A stretch of DNA of 63,940 nt, filler included, from Octopus bimaculoides (GCF_001194135.2; 6 parts of 6 records of this genome joined end to end with filler, not necessarily neighbours in it); one strand, 5' to 3'; shown: positions 22,976 through 34,399, counted from the first letter of the whole stretch. Notes: generated from the sequence alone by a model not told the origin. Program-made: numbers and translations.

Positions 22976-24639
22976 GAGCGGCCATTTTAAACATGCGTGT
23001 TTCCTGTAGTGGAAGGTATGCTACGTTTAAGCAAGGAGCAACCAGTTTGCTACAGCACAATGCAGCCAAATCCAAGCTACACCACAGCTCCGTACTCATC
23101 CTTTAAAATCAAAATAGCATCATATGTATGTTCTAACCAGGATCTTATATTCTAGGTATTGCTAGATGGGCACCGACGACCAACGAAATCTTTTATTTAT
23201 AATGATTCTGTTCTTGTATATAATATACATATAATACGTGATCGTCATTTGCTTTCAACTCAAATGATTCACACTATGTAACAAAGATTAATTTGGTTTG
23301 AAGCCGTATTATATATACAAACAGGCTTAAGTTTGTTTATGCTATTGCTAAAGTACATTTGAATACCCTGTGGTTAAAAGGCTATCATACATTTCAACAC
23401 CATTAAGCTACGATCATTATATCTGTAATTCGAAGTGATTATATCTAGGATTTTAATATATATTATTCTTTCGGATCGCAATACGTAATTGTTACAGATA
23501 TTTGTTGGATCGTCTTAAAACTAGAAATTTTCAGATTTTCAGACATAACAACTGTGATTAGTTACATGTGTTGCTTAAATAATATTACATAGAGTGATAG
23601 CACGATACATTTCTTATGTAAACATTTGTTTGATAAATGACTTCATAACAAACTCATAACATAACCTTCCATTACTTTAACGCAAGTGTTGTTTAATAAC
23701 ATGACACTGAGGTCTGACACACGAGGTTACTTATCGTTAACATCTCTATATCAACGCTTTTAAATTCTATCATACCCGCTCCCTGATCTGTGTTTTTTTT
23801 GTTTGTTTACTTCTAAGTTTTTGTTGTTGTTGTTGTTACTCTTGTAGTAGATCTTACTGATATTTTTGTTGTTGTGGCTGTTGTTATTTCATGCTCTTTG
23901 TACATGTAGCAATTGTATTATTTGCTAATTTCGCTCCAGTTACACTACAAACATTTATAACGTTGTCAATTGGATGTAGCAAGGGAAATCAATAACTTAT
24001 CTTTTCAGTAAAGGAAAACGGAATGAAGTGAAGGTTCTATGCACATGCGTGTGTCTGTGTGCATGTGTGTGAGTATGTGTGTATATAAACATACATAACA
24101 TATATATGTGTGTGAATATACAGTATATATATATATGTGTGTGGGTGTGTGCGTTTATATCAATCACTATCTGTATATATACATATAAAAATATAGTTCT
24201 ATATACACATCCACACTTAATCACATCCCCATATACGCATACGCACACACGTACAAACACGCATATATTTCTGTGTCTGTGCCTGTTTGTGCGCTACCGA
24301 GTGTGTGTGTGTGTATGTGTCCCTGTGTATGCGCGTGTGTATGTGTGAATAAAAAAAAATATAACCCTAAATCCATGTGAGTCAGCTTTTGTTTTGCAGG
24401 AAATTGAACTTGAAATACGTGACTAAAGCCCTCCCAGCTTTTGTCCCATCCTCCTAAAAATGGTTTACACCAAGGAAACAAACAGAAAAGGCAAGGGACC
24501 AGAGTGAATAATAGCATGATAGAAGTAAACAGAAAAAAAAAAAGAAAAATAGAAGCACACGTAAAAAGAGAGAATGAATAGAATTATAGAATTGAAGAAA
24601 GAAATTGCGAGAACGTTCAAGCATGCATTTGTATCTATA

Positions 24640-24711
24640 TATATTCGCATATACATACATACATACATACATACATACATACATGCATGCATACATATAT
24701 ACATATATGTA

Positions 24712-24768
<57 letters not shown>

Positions 24769-25117
24769 NNNNNNNNNNNNNNNNNNNNNNNNNNNNNNNN
24801 NNNNNNNNNNNNNNNNNNNNNNNNNNNNNNNNNNNNNNNNNNNNNNNNNNNNNNNNNNNNNNNNNNNNNNNNNNNNNNNNNNNNNNNNNNNNNNNNNNNN
24901 NNNNNNNNNNNNNNNNNNNNNNNNNNNNNNNNNNNNNNNNNNNNNNNNNNNNNNNNNNNNNNNNNNNNNNNNNNNNNNNNNNNNNNNNNNNNNNNNNNNN
25001 NNNNNNNNNNNNNNNNNNNNNNNNNNNNNNNNNNNNNNNNNNNNNNNNNNNNNNNNNNNNNNNNNNNNNNNNNNNNNNNNNNNNNNNNNNNNNNNTATAC
25101 ATATATATATATGTATA

Positions 25118-25157
<40 letters not shown>

Positions 25158-25204
25158 TATGTGTATATATATATATATATATATACATATATATATGTAT
25201 ATAT

Positions 25205-25240
<36 letters not shown>

Positions 25241-25346
25241 GTATATATATATGTATATATATATATGTGTGTGTGTGTGTGTATACACATATATATATGT
25301 ATATATATGTATGTGTATATACATATATATGTATATGTATGCATAA

Positions 25347-25396
<50 letters not shown>

Positions 25397-25470
25397 ATGT
25401 ATATGTATATATATGTGTGTGTGTATGCAAATATGTATGTGTGTGTATATCTATATGTGCGTGTGTGTGT
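24640..25470. repeat. Compound (TACA)/(TA)/(TG) microsatellite block with N gap
   Basis: Directly visible; explains the long YI/HT-type ORFs in the track. Confidence 0.95.
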
Positions 25471-26035
25471 GTGTTTGTGTAAGTATACAACTAGTTTATG
25501 TATGCATCATCTATGGATGTATGTGCGTATCAATACATCAATATTTATTTATCTCAGAGTAGGAAAGGGTTGTACCGTCTTTGATATCAATACGTCTCTT
25601 TGTATAAAGCAATGAACTCCGGTTGCCATTAATGGCTCCTACCCTCCACGTTCTTTTTTTTCTTTTTTTGTAATTATGTTTGGAAGAAACCAGATTTTGA
25701 ACCTGACATGACAGGTGCACGTTCAGTTCTTAGCACTAACAAAATTTTTCCATTTCAAACTGCTTATTCCAAAGAAATTGTTAACAACTATTTCCAGGAT
25801 ATCTGGAGCTTTTGTTGCGTTTTCTATAGTCTCATAAAATACAAGTTCGTCGTTTAAATCTCAGTCAATTTTTATATTGTGGATTCAGCAACGATTGATA
25901 GGAAATTGATACATCAATCGTTTCATCTAGCTGTATACAAAACATTGAACTTTTTTATTACTTCGCTAGAAGGCTTTCGATAAATATTTCTCTCAATTTT
26001 CTGTTGGTTCTTAACAGTTTTACAAAAAGTTCGTC

Positions 26036-26229
26036 TTTATCTTTCGTCTTTTACTTGTTCCAGTCATTAGAAAGCAGCCATGCTGGAGCACCGCCTCGAA
26101 GAATTTTTAGTCGAATGAATCGACTCCTGGAACTTCCTGATACTTCTATTGGTCTTTTAAGCTGAACCGCGAAGTTATGGACATGTAAACACACCAACAC
26201 CGGTTGTCAAGCCGTGGTGGGGGACGAAC
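26036..26229 (-). mobile_element. SINE AB tail segment
   Basis: TTTTACTTGTTCCAGTCATTAG..GCCATGCTGGAGCACCGCC...CACCAACACCGGTTGTCAAGCCGTGGTGG. Confidence 0.85.
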
Positions 26230-26672
26230 ATACACATGCACACCACATACATACATTCATACATACATACATACATGCATGCATGCATGCATACATACAT
26301 GCATACATACATACATACATACATACATACATACATACATGCATGGATGCATACATACACGCATACATATANNNNNNNNNNNNNNNNNNNNNNNNNNNNN
26401 NNNNNNNNNNNNNNNNNNNNNNNNNNNNNNNNNNNNNNNNNNNNNNNNNNNNNNNNNNNNNNNNNNNNNNNNNNNNNNNNNNNNNNNNNNNNNNNNNNNN
26501 NNNNNNNNNNNNNNNNNNNNNNNNNNNNNNNNNNNNNNNNNNNNNNNNNNNNNNNNNNNNNNNNNNNNNNNNNNNNNNNNNNNNNNNNNNNNNNNNNNNN
26601 NNNNNNNNNNNNNNNNNNNNNNNNNNTATATATATATATATATGTATATATGTCTATGTGAGTGTGTCTTTG

Positions 26673-26858
26673 TGTCTGTTTATACGCCCACCATCACTTG
26701 ACAACCGATGTTGGTGTGTTTATTTCCCCGAAACTTAGCAGTTCGGCAAAAAAGTACTAGGCTTACAAAGAATAAGTCCTGGGGTCGATTTCTTCGACTA
26801 AAGGCGGTGCTCCTGTTTGACCGCAGTCAAATGACTGAAACGTGTAAAAGAGCAAAGA
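26673..26858 (+). mobile_element. SINE AB tail segment, inverted relative to 26036-26229
   Basis: CCACCATCACTTGACAACCGATG...GGGGTCGATTTCTTCGACTAAAGGCGGTGCTCC...CAGTCAAATGACTGAAAC. Confidence 0.85.
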
Positions 26859-26875
26859 GTGTGTGTGTGTATGTG

Positions 26876-26913
<38 letters not shown>

Positions 26914-27000
26914 TGAAATTTACATGAAAGCAAAAGATGAATACAGGTGTATGAGCAACAAGCAGGTGTATTAGTTTGACGCTCGGGAAAGTGAGAAAGT

Positions 27001-27036
27001 CTTTTACATTTCGAGCCTACGCTCTTCAACAGAAAG
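27001..27036 (-). ncRNA. Candidate minimal type I hammerhead ribozyme in repeat family H (element ~26935-27065)
   Basis: Minus strand CTTT-CTGTTGA-A-GAGC-GTAG-GCTC-GAAA-T-GTA-AAAG; core differs from CUGANGA at A6, and helix III has U-G. Confidence 0.55.
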
Positions 27037-27097
27037 TAAAAAGAGAAAATAAACAGAGTGAGAATAAAAACTTTTAGCGATTTAGCGATCAGTTTCC

Positions 27098-27260
27098 ACG
27101 ACGGGCTTCAATCAGTTTCCATCTACAAAATCTACTGACAAGGCTTTGGTCGGCTCGAGGTTATAAAATAGGAGGCACTTGCTCGAGATTATAAAATAGG
27201 AGTCACGTGCCACGCAGTGGGACTGAACCTGGAACCATGTGGTTGGGAAGCCTACGCCTG
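27098..27260 (-). mobile_element. SINE AB head/CORE segment with an internal 28-bp tandem duplication
   Basis: ACGACGGGCTT...GGGACTGAACCTGGAACCATGTGGTTGGGAAGC; 28-bp units at 27153-27180 and 27181-27208. Confidence 0.8.
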
Positions 27261-27444
27261 TTCATTAAATAAACAAAACGCTACTTATGTCCACAAGACT
27301 GGCAAAACAGTTTAAGTAGAAACTTCCTATTAAAGTTGTTTTTGTTTTTAATGTAGTGGTTCAAATCTGAACCAAGAAATGTTTTATTTAAGTTTATTTT
27401 CCTCTCGCTCCTAATTATATTGTTAATATAAAATTAGTGGTGCC

Positions 27445-27864
27445 GCTGTAGTATGTGATCTACATGCCGTTGTGATCTACATCAACTTCAAATCTAGACT
27501 CTTTGTGCAGCGAAAAACGGGACGGGCTTTACCTCTGATTTTTCTTCGTTTTCCGCCATTTCTTCCTCAATATTTGCTGCATGGATCAATATCGCCATGT
27601 TCATTAAGGAGTTCATAGCGTGGGAGAAATTTTACTGCAGCTTCTTCATCCCGAATAACCTGTGTGCAAAATTCTTTTGCTCTCATCACGAATTTTTTCA
27701 ATGGTCTCAGGACTAAAAGTGTTTAAATCATAAAAGTGTCTTTGGTTCATATGCCAAACCAACCGGAAGTCGAGTAAATAGATGAATTTTAAATGTAAAT
27801 CAAAAAGTCGGCGTAGATCACAATCTATATATCATTTGAACTAATATAGATCACGAGCTATACC
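27445..27864 (-). mobile_element. Merlin/IS1595-like transposon deletion derivative
   Basis: Minus strand from ATG 27686: MRAKEFCTQVIRDEEAAVKFL...DPCSK, then ...RPVFRCTK; GTGATCTA motif twice at each end in inverted orientation; the right end reads GGTATAGCTCGTGATCTATAT on the minus strand. Confidence 0.55.
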
Positions 27865-27889
27865 AGTAACATGTATGTGGATCTTATAC

Positions 27890-28277
27890 TGTTGTTGTTG
27901 GCACTCCGTCGCTTACGACGTCGAGGGTTCCAGTCGATCCGATCAACGGAACAGCCTGCTCGTGAAATTAACGTGCGAGTGGCTGAGCACTCCACAGACA
28001 CGTGTACCCTTAACGTGGTTCTCGGGGATATTCAGCGTGACACAGTGTGACAAGGCTAACCCTTTGAATTACAGGCACAACAGAAACAGGAAGTACGAGT
28101 GAGAGAAAGTTATGGTGAAAGAGTAAAGTAGGGTTCACCACCATCCCCTGCCGGATCCTCGTGGAGCATTAGGTGTTTTGGCTCAATAAACACTCACAAC
28201 GCCCGGTCTAGGAATCGAAACCGCGGTCCTATGACCGCGAGTCCGCTGCCCTAACCACTGGGCCATTGCGCATCCAG
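27890..28277 (-). mobile_element. Full-length tRNA-derived SINE family C, subtype C2, with (AAC)n tail
   Basis: Minus strand TGGCCCAGTGGTTAGGGC (A-box) and TTCGATTCC (B-box); 3' half shared with C1; colinear with 44242-44590. Confidence 0.85.
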
Positions 28278-28377
28278 GACTTATACTACACAGGCACCAA
28301 ATTAGTTATCTCTGAACTAATTGGTTTCCAAAGACTTAAAATGAGGATCGTCTAGAAAAGTTGTCATTGGTTATTTA

Positions 28378-28568
28378 CTTTTTAGCATTCATATTTTTTA
28401 ACACTCTGTTAAATGTAGGGATTTGATTTGATCATGCATTATCTTCTGGCTTTGAGATTGCGATGTGTTGTTTTTTAATTTTAGAATAGCATTTTTAGGG
28501 TGTGAGAGATTAGATCTGGCTGGTTTGAACATAAAATAGGCAGTTATGGCCGGTTTAGATGCGAATGG
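28378..28568. mobile_element. Decayed piggyBac-like MITE
   Basis: Ends TTTA-CTTTTTAGCATT and GATGCGAATGG-TTCA resemble degraded TTAA-CCCTTTAGCATT/AATGCTAAAGGG-TTAA termini. Confidence 0.4.
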
Positions 28569-28979
28569 TTCAAGGGCCCATCGACCCGCTATTACGGGGA
28601 TTAACTTTGATCAGGAATTGAAACCGTGTACACAAATACTTCTACTTCAAGGTCGGAGAAGGTTTAACATCTTGGTAATTAGGTTGGTGATGGTGGTGGT
28701 GGTAGTGGTGGTGGTGGTGGTGGTGGTTGTGGTGGAGACGGTGGTAGAGGTAGTGATGGCGGTAGTGGTGAAAGTGCTGGTAGTTGTGGTGAAGGTGGTA
28801 TGGTGGTTGTGATGGTTGTGGTGGTGGTGGTGGTAACCTCTTGTTCTACGAATCTAGACGCCCACATAGCATTAAATAATGACAACAACAACAACAACAA
28901 CTCAAATAGCAACAGTGAAATAAGGTGCGGCCTGCTTGTTGGCTTGCTTTCTCTTTCTTTTCCTCGGAATGCGTTCTGA

Positions 28980-29001
28980 TCACGTGACCGTTGACGTCAA
29001 C
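28980..29001. promoter_or_regulatory. Adjacent palindromic E-box (TCACGTGA) and full CRE (GTTGACGTCAAC)
   Basis: TCACGTGA at 28980-28987 and TGACGTCA at 28992-28999 in sequence that matches no other repeat in this window; motif match only. Confidence 0.3.
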
Positions 29002-29435
29002 ACCGTCTTACAACGACTGGGGAAAAGTAAACAAACACAAGAAAACAGCATAATAAAAAGATTTTAAAAATAACAGTTTCATTCAAATGGAAGAGGGAGA
29101 AAATACCAGAAGTTTTTTTCATAGCTTTATTAAGTTGTTTATGATTTTTTTTTTACGATTTCCCACCGCTTTCCTGTCTTTTTTCTTCTTCCAATTTTCT
29201 TCATTCGTTAATCTTTATTTACTTCTTTCTTCCAACTCACTTTTCATTTATTCCAAGTCTGTATCGTTCTTCCTTTCTATTTTTATGCAATCTTCCTAAT
29301 TTCTCTTCCTTTTTTATTTATCTCCCCGCCACCCACTCTTTTTCCATTGATGTATAGTTATGTGTGACGAAAGTTAAAAGGAAGAGATCAAAAGGAGAAT
29401 TTTCCTTCGAGAGCATAACGGATTACAAGACGCTA

Positions 29436-29487
<52 letters not shown>

Positions 29488-29939
29488 TTGATAATAACAA
29501 CTACAGTGTGAATTTGTGTGAATGCGAAGAAATAGGTTGCAGACAGATAGGATCTCTGACAAGTACATTCGCCCTTTACACATCACGTGTTATCCTAATG
29601 ATACAATCGATTTAGGAAACATTATTTCAGTACCTTTGATGTCATGCATACAAGCACATATATAAAATACATACAGACATACATACATAGTACATACATA
29701 CGTACATATATATGTATGTATATATATATATATATATATATAAACAAATAATAAATGAGTATATGCATATATACGTACAGGTATGTGCATGCCTACGTCT
29801 ACCTGTATATATAGGTGCATATCTGGGTACAGGACATTGCAAACAAAACGTAGACAAGAAAATAATAATAACAAAAGTACAGAAAACACACAAGCCACAT
29901 AGAGAACATTTTCCTTCATCAGCTACGCCCGTTTTAACA

Positions 29940-30039
29940 NNNNNNNNNNNNNNNNNNNNNNNNNNNNNNNNNNNNNNNNNNNNTTAATTAATTAANNNNN
30001 NNNNNNNNNNNNNNNNNNNNNNNNNNNNNNNNNNNNNNN
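29940..30039. other. Artificial scaffold-joining linker (44N + TTAATTAATTAA + 44N)
   Basis: Exactly 100 bp; the palindromic 12-mer has stops in all six frames; five identical instances in the window. Confidence 0.97.
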
Positions 30040-30719
30040 ATAACACATTTTATGTTTATTCTAACTTGTAAAGGTTTATATTTTTTATCAATTAATATTT
30101 TTATGACTACTCTTAAACACTATTTCCAGGATCTTCACTGGTTTTTCGCTGATGGATGGTATCTGGACGCTACTGACTGAAAAACCGAACCTGCCGCTCT
30201 AACCCTACTTTTCTAACACGGTCTAACTGAAATTAATCATTACTCATTTTATCCCATTTTAGACCTCATTCTTTGAAACTTGAAAATTATCAAATTACAC
30301 ACAAGAGTGGGGAAAACTTGACTTGGAATCCAACAGAGAAAAGAATATTGATTGTTAGACACCAAAAAAGATCCATATATTTTATTAGCAACCTCAATTG
30401 CAATCGGGTGAAAGTTGAGGTAAAATTTCTTGAAAAAGAGGATCTGCTCCTTGACTAAGTTTCGGTCTCTGTCAACTTCAACAACAGCTATGTCGACCAA
30501 TTGTTACTCCTAAAGATGATGAAACAGTACAAAATGATGACGTAATACTTGCAATGTAATGATTTCAAACAGATAGGGAAAAATAATGAGCAATCAGAAG
30601 GTACTCATTTTGCCCCACATAGCAATGTTAAAAATGTTAGTACCCGGTATCAAGTAGCATAGAAGATGGAAAATCATCTTTTCTATCACAGTTCAATATT
30701 TAAATTTGTATTTATTAAT

Positions 30720-30900
30720 GATGATTTCAAATTTTGGTACAAGCGCAGAAATTTTGAGGGAAGGAGCTAGTCGATTACCTTGACTCCAGTGTTTAAATGA
30801 TACTTTTTATCAACTCCGAAAGGAAGGAAAGATAAAGTCGACCTCGGTGGAATTTGAACTCAAAACATCAAGACCGGCGTCCTGTCGATTCGGCCAGCCT
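30720..30900 (-). mobile_element. SINE family D
   Basis: TTTCAAATTTTGGTACAAG...AAAGTCGACCTCGGTGGAATTTGAACTC. Confidence 0.75.
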
Positions 30901-30939
30901 TTGTACTTATCACTAGCAACATATATTTATTCAAAATAT

Positions 30940-31190
30940 TCTTTTCGTATTCGTGCACGACTTAGTAAGTATTGAACTCAAGATCGCAAGATCGTGGTTA
31001 TCGATTCCCGGGCCGGGCAATGTGCTGTGTTCGTAAACATAACACTTCATTTCACCTTACTCCCGTCCACTCGTCTGTAAATTATTAACCTCCACCTCTA
31101 TCCCACCCCGACGGACTGGCGTCTTGTTCAGGGGTGGAGGGGTAGCGATCTCGGTCACTTATACGTCATGGAAAACAGGTAAAAGCCCCT
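30940..31190 (+). mobile_element. tRNA-derived SINE with V-domain-like segment
   Basis: TCGATTCCCGGG (B-box-like), CORE-like CACTTCATTTCACCTTACTCCCGTCCACTC, then GGACTGGCGTCTTGTTCAGGGG resembling the V-SINE central motif. Confidence 0.5.
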
Positions 31191-31329
31191 ATTAATTGTA
31201 GGGTTGGAGACAGTGCTTATTTAAAAGAGGTTGAACGATTTCGTGTAAGAGATATCGACATGAACCTTGGAAAGCCCAACCAAGGTCATGTTCAGCAGGC
31301 ATGCTACGCCAGCACCCGTCACTGTAAAC

Positions 31330-31612
31330 GACAGCACTGTAGAAGTGATAGACAGATACGTTTACATGGGAAAGATGGTAGCGAAAGAGAGAAATCTCCT
31401 CCTGGAAATCAAGGTTGGGAAACATTGAGAGAGTGAAAAACCTCGTGAGAAGTCCCAAGGCTTCTATGAAAATTAGAAAGATCTTCGAGCTCATTCTACC
31501 AGTGATGATTTACGGTAGTAAAATATGGCCTTCCAGCACGACAATTATGAACGCCCTCATTATAGCCGTACGGAAAATGGAACGAATCATGCTCAGCATC
31601 AAGGTATTAAAA
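31330..31612 (+). mobile_element. RTE-clade LINE RT C-terminal remnant
   Basis: YVYMGK, then ILPVMIYGSKIW...AVRKMERIMLSI in ORF 31415-31741 (cf. RTE LP.MLYGSETW...MER.MLGI). Confidence 0.65.
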
Positions 31613-31854
31613 TATAGTAATCACTCGCCATATTGCGGTTTACCTATCGCGCCCTCAGTTCATCGCGGATTTTTTCTGGCTAGTATATATAAATTTATAA
31701 TGCGGACTCCTCAGTATTTTGTGGGTTTCTTTGGCCGATAGGTGTTTTGATTTTTTTTAGATTTTAACTATTTCTTTGGTAAAATAAGCATTTTCACGCC
31801 TAAAAATTAAGAAATTAAATAAAAAATATAGCACAGTACTGTACTGTATAACAC

Positions 31855-31995
31855 AATATAATATTGGTTTCAAATTTTGGCACAAGGCCAGCAATTGTAG
31901 GGGAAGGGGTAAATCGATTAAATCGATCCCAGTATTCAACTGGTACTTCTTTTATCGATTTCGAAAGGATGAAAGGCAAAGTCGATCCTAAACGA
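31855..31995 (-). mobile_element. SINE family D, 5'-truncated
   Basis: TGGTTTCAAATTTTGGCACAAGGCCAGC...GAAAGGATGAAAGGCAAAGTCGA. Confidence 0.85.
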
Positions 31996-32120
31996 TATTT
32001 GGACTCACCTGACAATATATATTGGAACATTGTCGTCATCAAACTTTTTGTTTTAAAAAAATACATAACTTCAAATCTTTAGATGGCGGTTTCAAATATC
32101 ATGAGAAGTAGAAAATTATA

Positions 32121-32666
32121 CAGGGTGACACACGGGAAAGTAGCCCAGGTTCCGTAGCATAGTGTAAATACCAAAATAAATTTATACACCCGTAAAAGCC
32201 CCCAGGCTTTCGTTTGCGAGTGTCATTGTTATTTCGATCGTTTATCACAGCTGTTCAGAAGACATGTGTAGTAATCCACCCGTTTGCTCTTGTCGTCCAT
32301 TTGTAATTGTTGTACACATGTGAAATGAGATGGTTGCAACTTTAGGCTTTTCAACGGTCGTTGGTGTGACTTCCTGCTTATGTGAGACTGCTGCGCCAGT
32401 TTACGAGTTGACTTATTTGGACTTCGAAAAATCCTTTAATGAATGTCCTGAATAACTTCCGGCGTTCGAACTGTAGGGTCTCTTTGTTTTGGGTCATTGT
32501 GCACTGACCCCATGGCACGCCGCTTCTTAACCAACATTTCTATCGTTCTCTTTGCCGGTAAGCCTTTATCGGGAAACTTCAGTTCAAAAATTACACGCAT
32601 TTGCTCAACAGAACCTCTTTTCACATACGATTCCACAATCTCCACTCTTTCCATTATTGAGTACAT
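32121..32666 (-). mobile_element. Tc1/mariner-superfamily deletion derivative with DUF4817-type HTH N-terminus
   Basis: Minus-strand MYSIMERVEIVESYVKRGSV...GSV...TVRTPEVIQDI, continuing RSPNKSTRKLAQQSHIS...LKLQP; terminal TA-CAGGGTG at 32119-32127. Confidence 0.75.
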
Positions 32667-32689
32667 CAGGTTGCAGAAAAGGCTAGAGA

Positions 32690-32727
<38 letters not shown>

Positions 32728-33504
32728 TGTGTATGTGTGTAATGTACGTATAATTGCATAAATCATCACTGAGTTTTACTTTCCCATTCACACACATACA
32801 CACACACCCTCACATGTACAAACACAGAATGCAAAACACACAAACAAGCACGTACATTCCTACGCACACAATCACACAGACACACACACATATAAACAAA
32901 CACAATACAAAACACACTCAGTTTCAAACACTACATGCACACACATTCACACTCTCTCTCCAACACCCCTCACCACACCTATTCTTGTCTTTTTAAAATC
33001 AATTAAGACTCATTAATTAGAAATGTTTCCGCTTCTTTTTGAAATTTAAATATATTTGTTTTCGATAATACCGCTCAATGTATAAATGAATTAATCAATA
33101 TAAGTATATATTCCTTGCTATTTGATATATATATATATANNNNNNNNNNNNNNNNNNNNNNNNNNNNNNNNNNNNNNNNNNNNNNNNNNNNNNNNNNNNN
33201 NNNNNNNNNNNNNNNNNNNNNNNNNNNNNNNNNNNNNNNNNNNNNNNNNNNNNNNNNNNNNNNNNNNNNNNNNNNNNNNNNNNNNNNNNNNNNNNNNNNN
33301 NNNNNNNNNNNNNNNNNNNNNNNNNNNNNNNNNNNNNNNNNNNNNNNNNNNNNNNNNNNNNNNNNNNNNNNCCGTCGTATATTTACACACACACTCACAT
33401 ATATAATTAAAAACAAAATGGAGAAAACGACAAGAAAAAACAACAATGCGAGGACGTGGTACATGCAAAAGTATTAAAAGACGCTCAAGGAAGGAAAGAA
33501 AGGT

Positions 33505-33541
33505 TGTTTTACGTTTCGAGCAAAGCTCTTCTTCTGAAACA
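33505..33541 (-). ncRNA. Candidate minimal type I hammerhead ribozyme in repeat family H (element ~33415-33610)
   Basis: Minus strand TGTTT-CAGAAGA-A-GAGC-TTT-GCTC-GAAA-C-GTA-AAACA; the core has a U4A change. Confidence 0.55.
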
Positions 33542-34070
33542 GGAGACAGAGGAAAGTCCAAGACGAAAGAAAAACGAAGGAAAAAAATCGTCGACAATCC
33601 ACGTGTGTTCGAGAAAGAAGAAAGGCTGGAAATAGACGTCACACGAATATAGAAATAACTTCCTGTAATTAAAACCAAGGGTGCGTTGTGTTCCGTTAAT
33701 AAGTTTTAAAATGTACAGTTAATGCACAAACGAAAAACAGACACAGAATGGCAAGTTAAAAAACATAGTAAATGCACACAAGAACGGAAAACAGACACAA
33801 AAGGTCCCCAACTCCTCGTCAGTTGTTGGTGAGTGAGTCTAACGCAATTTCGTGCCTTTAACGATAATATTGTTTCCCAGCTGGTGGCACTTACTTGCAA
33901 GAGCTGTAGGGAATACGGGACCGAGAACAGACAAACAATACATAGATAACTAGCGATACAGAAGTGGACATACGAAAATGAATAAATGTAATTCAAGACG
34001 AGACAGTTACTGGACGGACAGGGGTCAAAAACGAAACAATATATATATGTGTGTGTTTGTGTGTGTGTGT

Positions 34071-34250
34071 GTCTCACCCCGCCATCGCTTGACAACCGAT
34101 GCTGGTGTGTTTATGTTTCTGTAACTTAGCTGTTCGGCAAAAAAGACCGACAGAATAAATAATAAGTTCTTGGGTCGATTTCTTCGACTATAACCCTTAA
34201 GTGGTGCTCCAGTATGGCCGAAGTCAAATGACTGAAACAAGTAGAAGAAT
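34071..34250 (+). mobile_element. SINE AB tail segment
   Basis: CCATCGCTTGACAACCGATGCTGGTGTGTTT...GGTGCTCCAGTATGGCC...AATGACTGAAACAAGT. Confidence 0.85.
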
Positions 34251-34266
34251 ATATATATTATATAGA

Positions 34267-34378
34267 TGGTAAGTAGTTTGCTTTCCAATCACATGATTTC
34301 GGTTTCAGTTCCACTGTGTGACACCTTGGGCAAGTGTCTTCTATTGTAGCCCTGGGCCGACGAAAGCCTTTGTGATCC
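34267..34378 (+). mobile_element. SINE AB head/CORE segment
   Basis: GGTAAGTAGTTTGCTTTCCAATCACATG...ACACCTTGGGCAAGTGTCTTCT. Confidence 0.8.
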
Positions 34379-34399
34379 CCAAAATATTTGTTTCCTTTA

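Noticed and set aside
22887-23106. Overlapping ORFs and a YY1-like AAAATGGCCGC in a GC-richer patch, suggesting an exon or promoter
   Set aside because: No recognisable protein, and the patch adjoins or overlaps the start of a decayed LINE endonuclease relic, which explains its composition.
28190-28277. tRNA genes at SINE heads (also 14540-14660, 36385-36460)
   Set aside because: A and B boxes are present but there is no complete cloverleaf, and each continues into SINE body sequence.
29984-29995. Conserved TTAATTAATTAA motif as a homeodomain site or piggyBac target
   Set aside because: Always centred in exactly 44+44 Ns, so it is an assembly linker.
33810-33905. Minus-strand GTGCC/GGCAC stem followed by GAAATTGCGTTA, and a nearby CTGACGA
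   Set aside because: The core upstream of the stem is missing and the parts do not assemble into a valid hammerhead topology.
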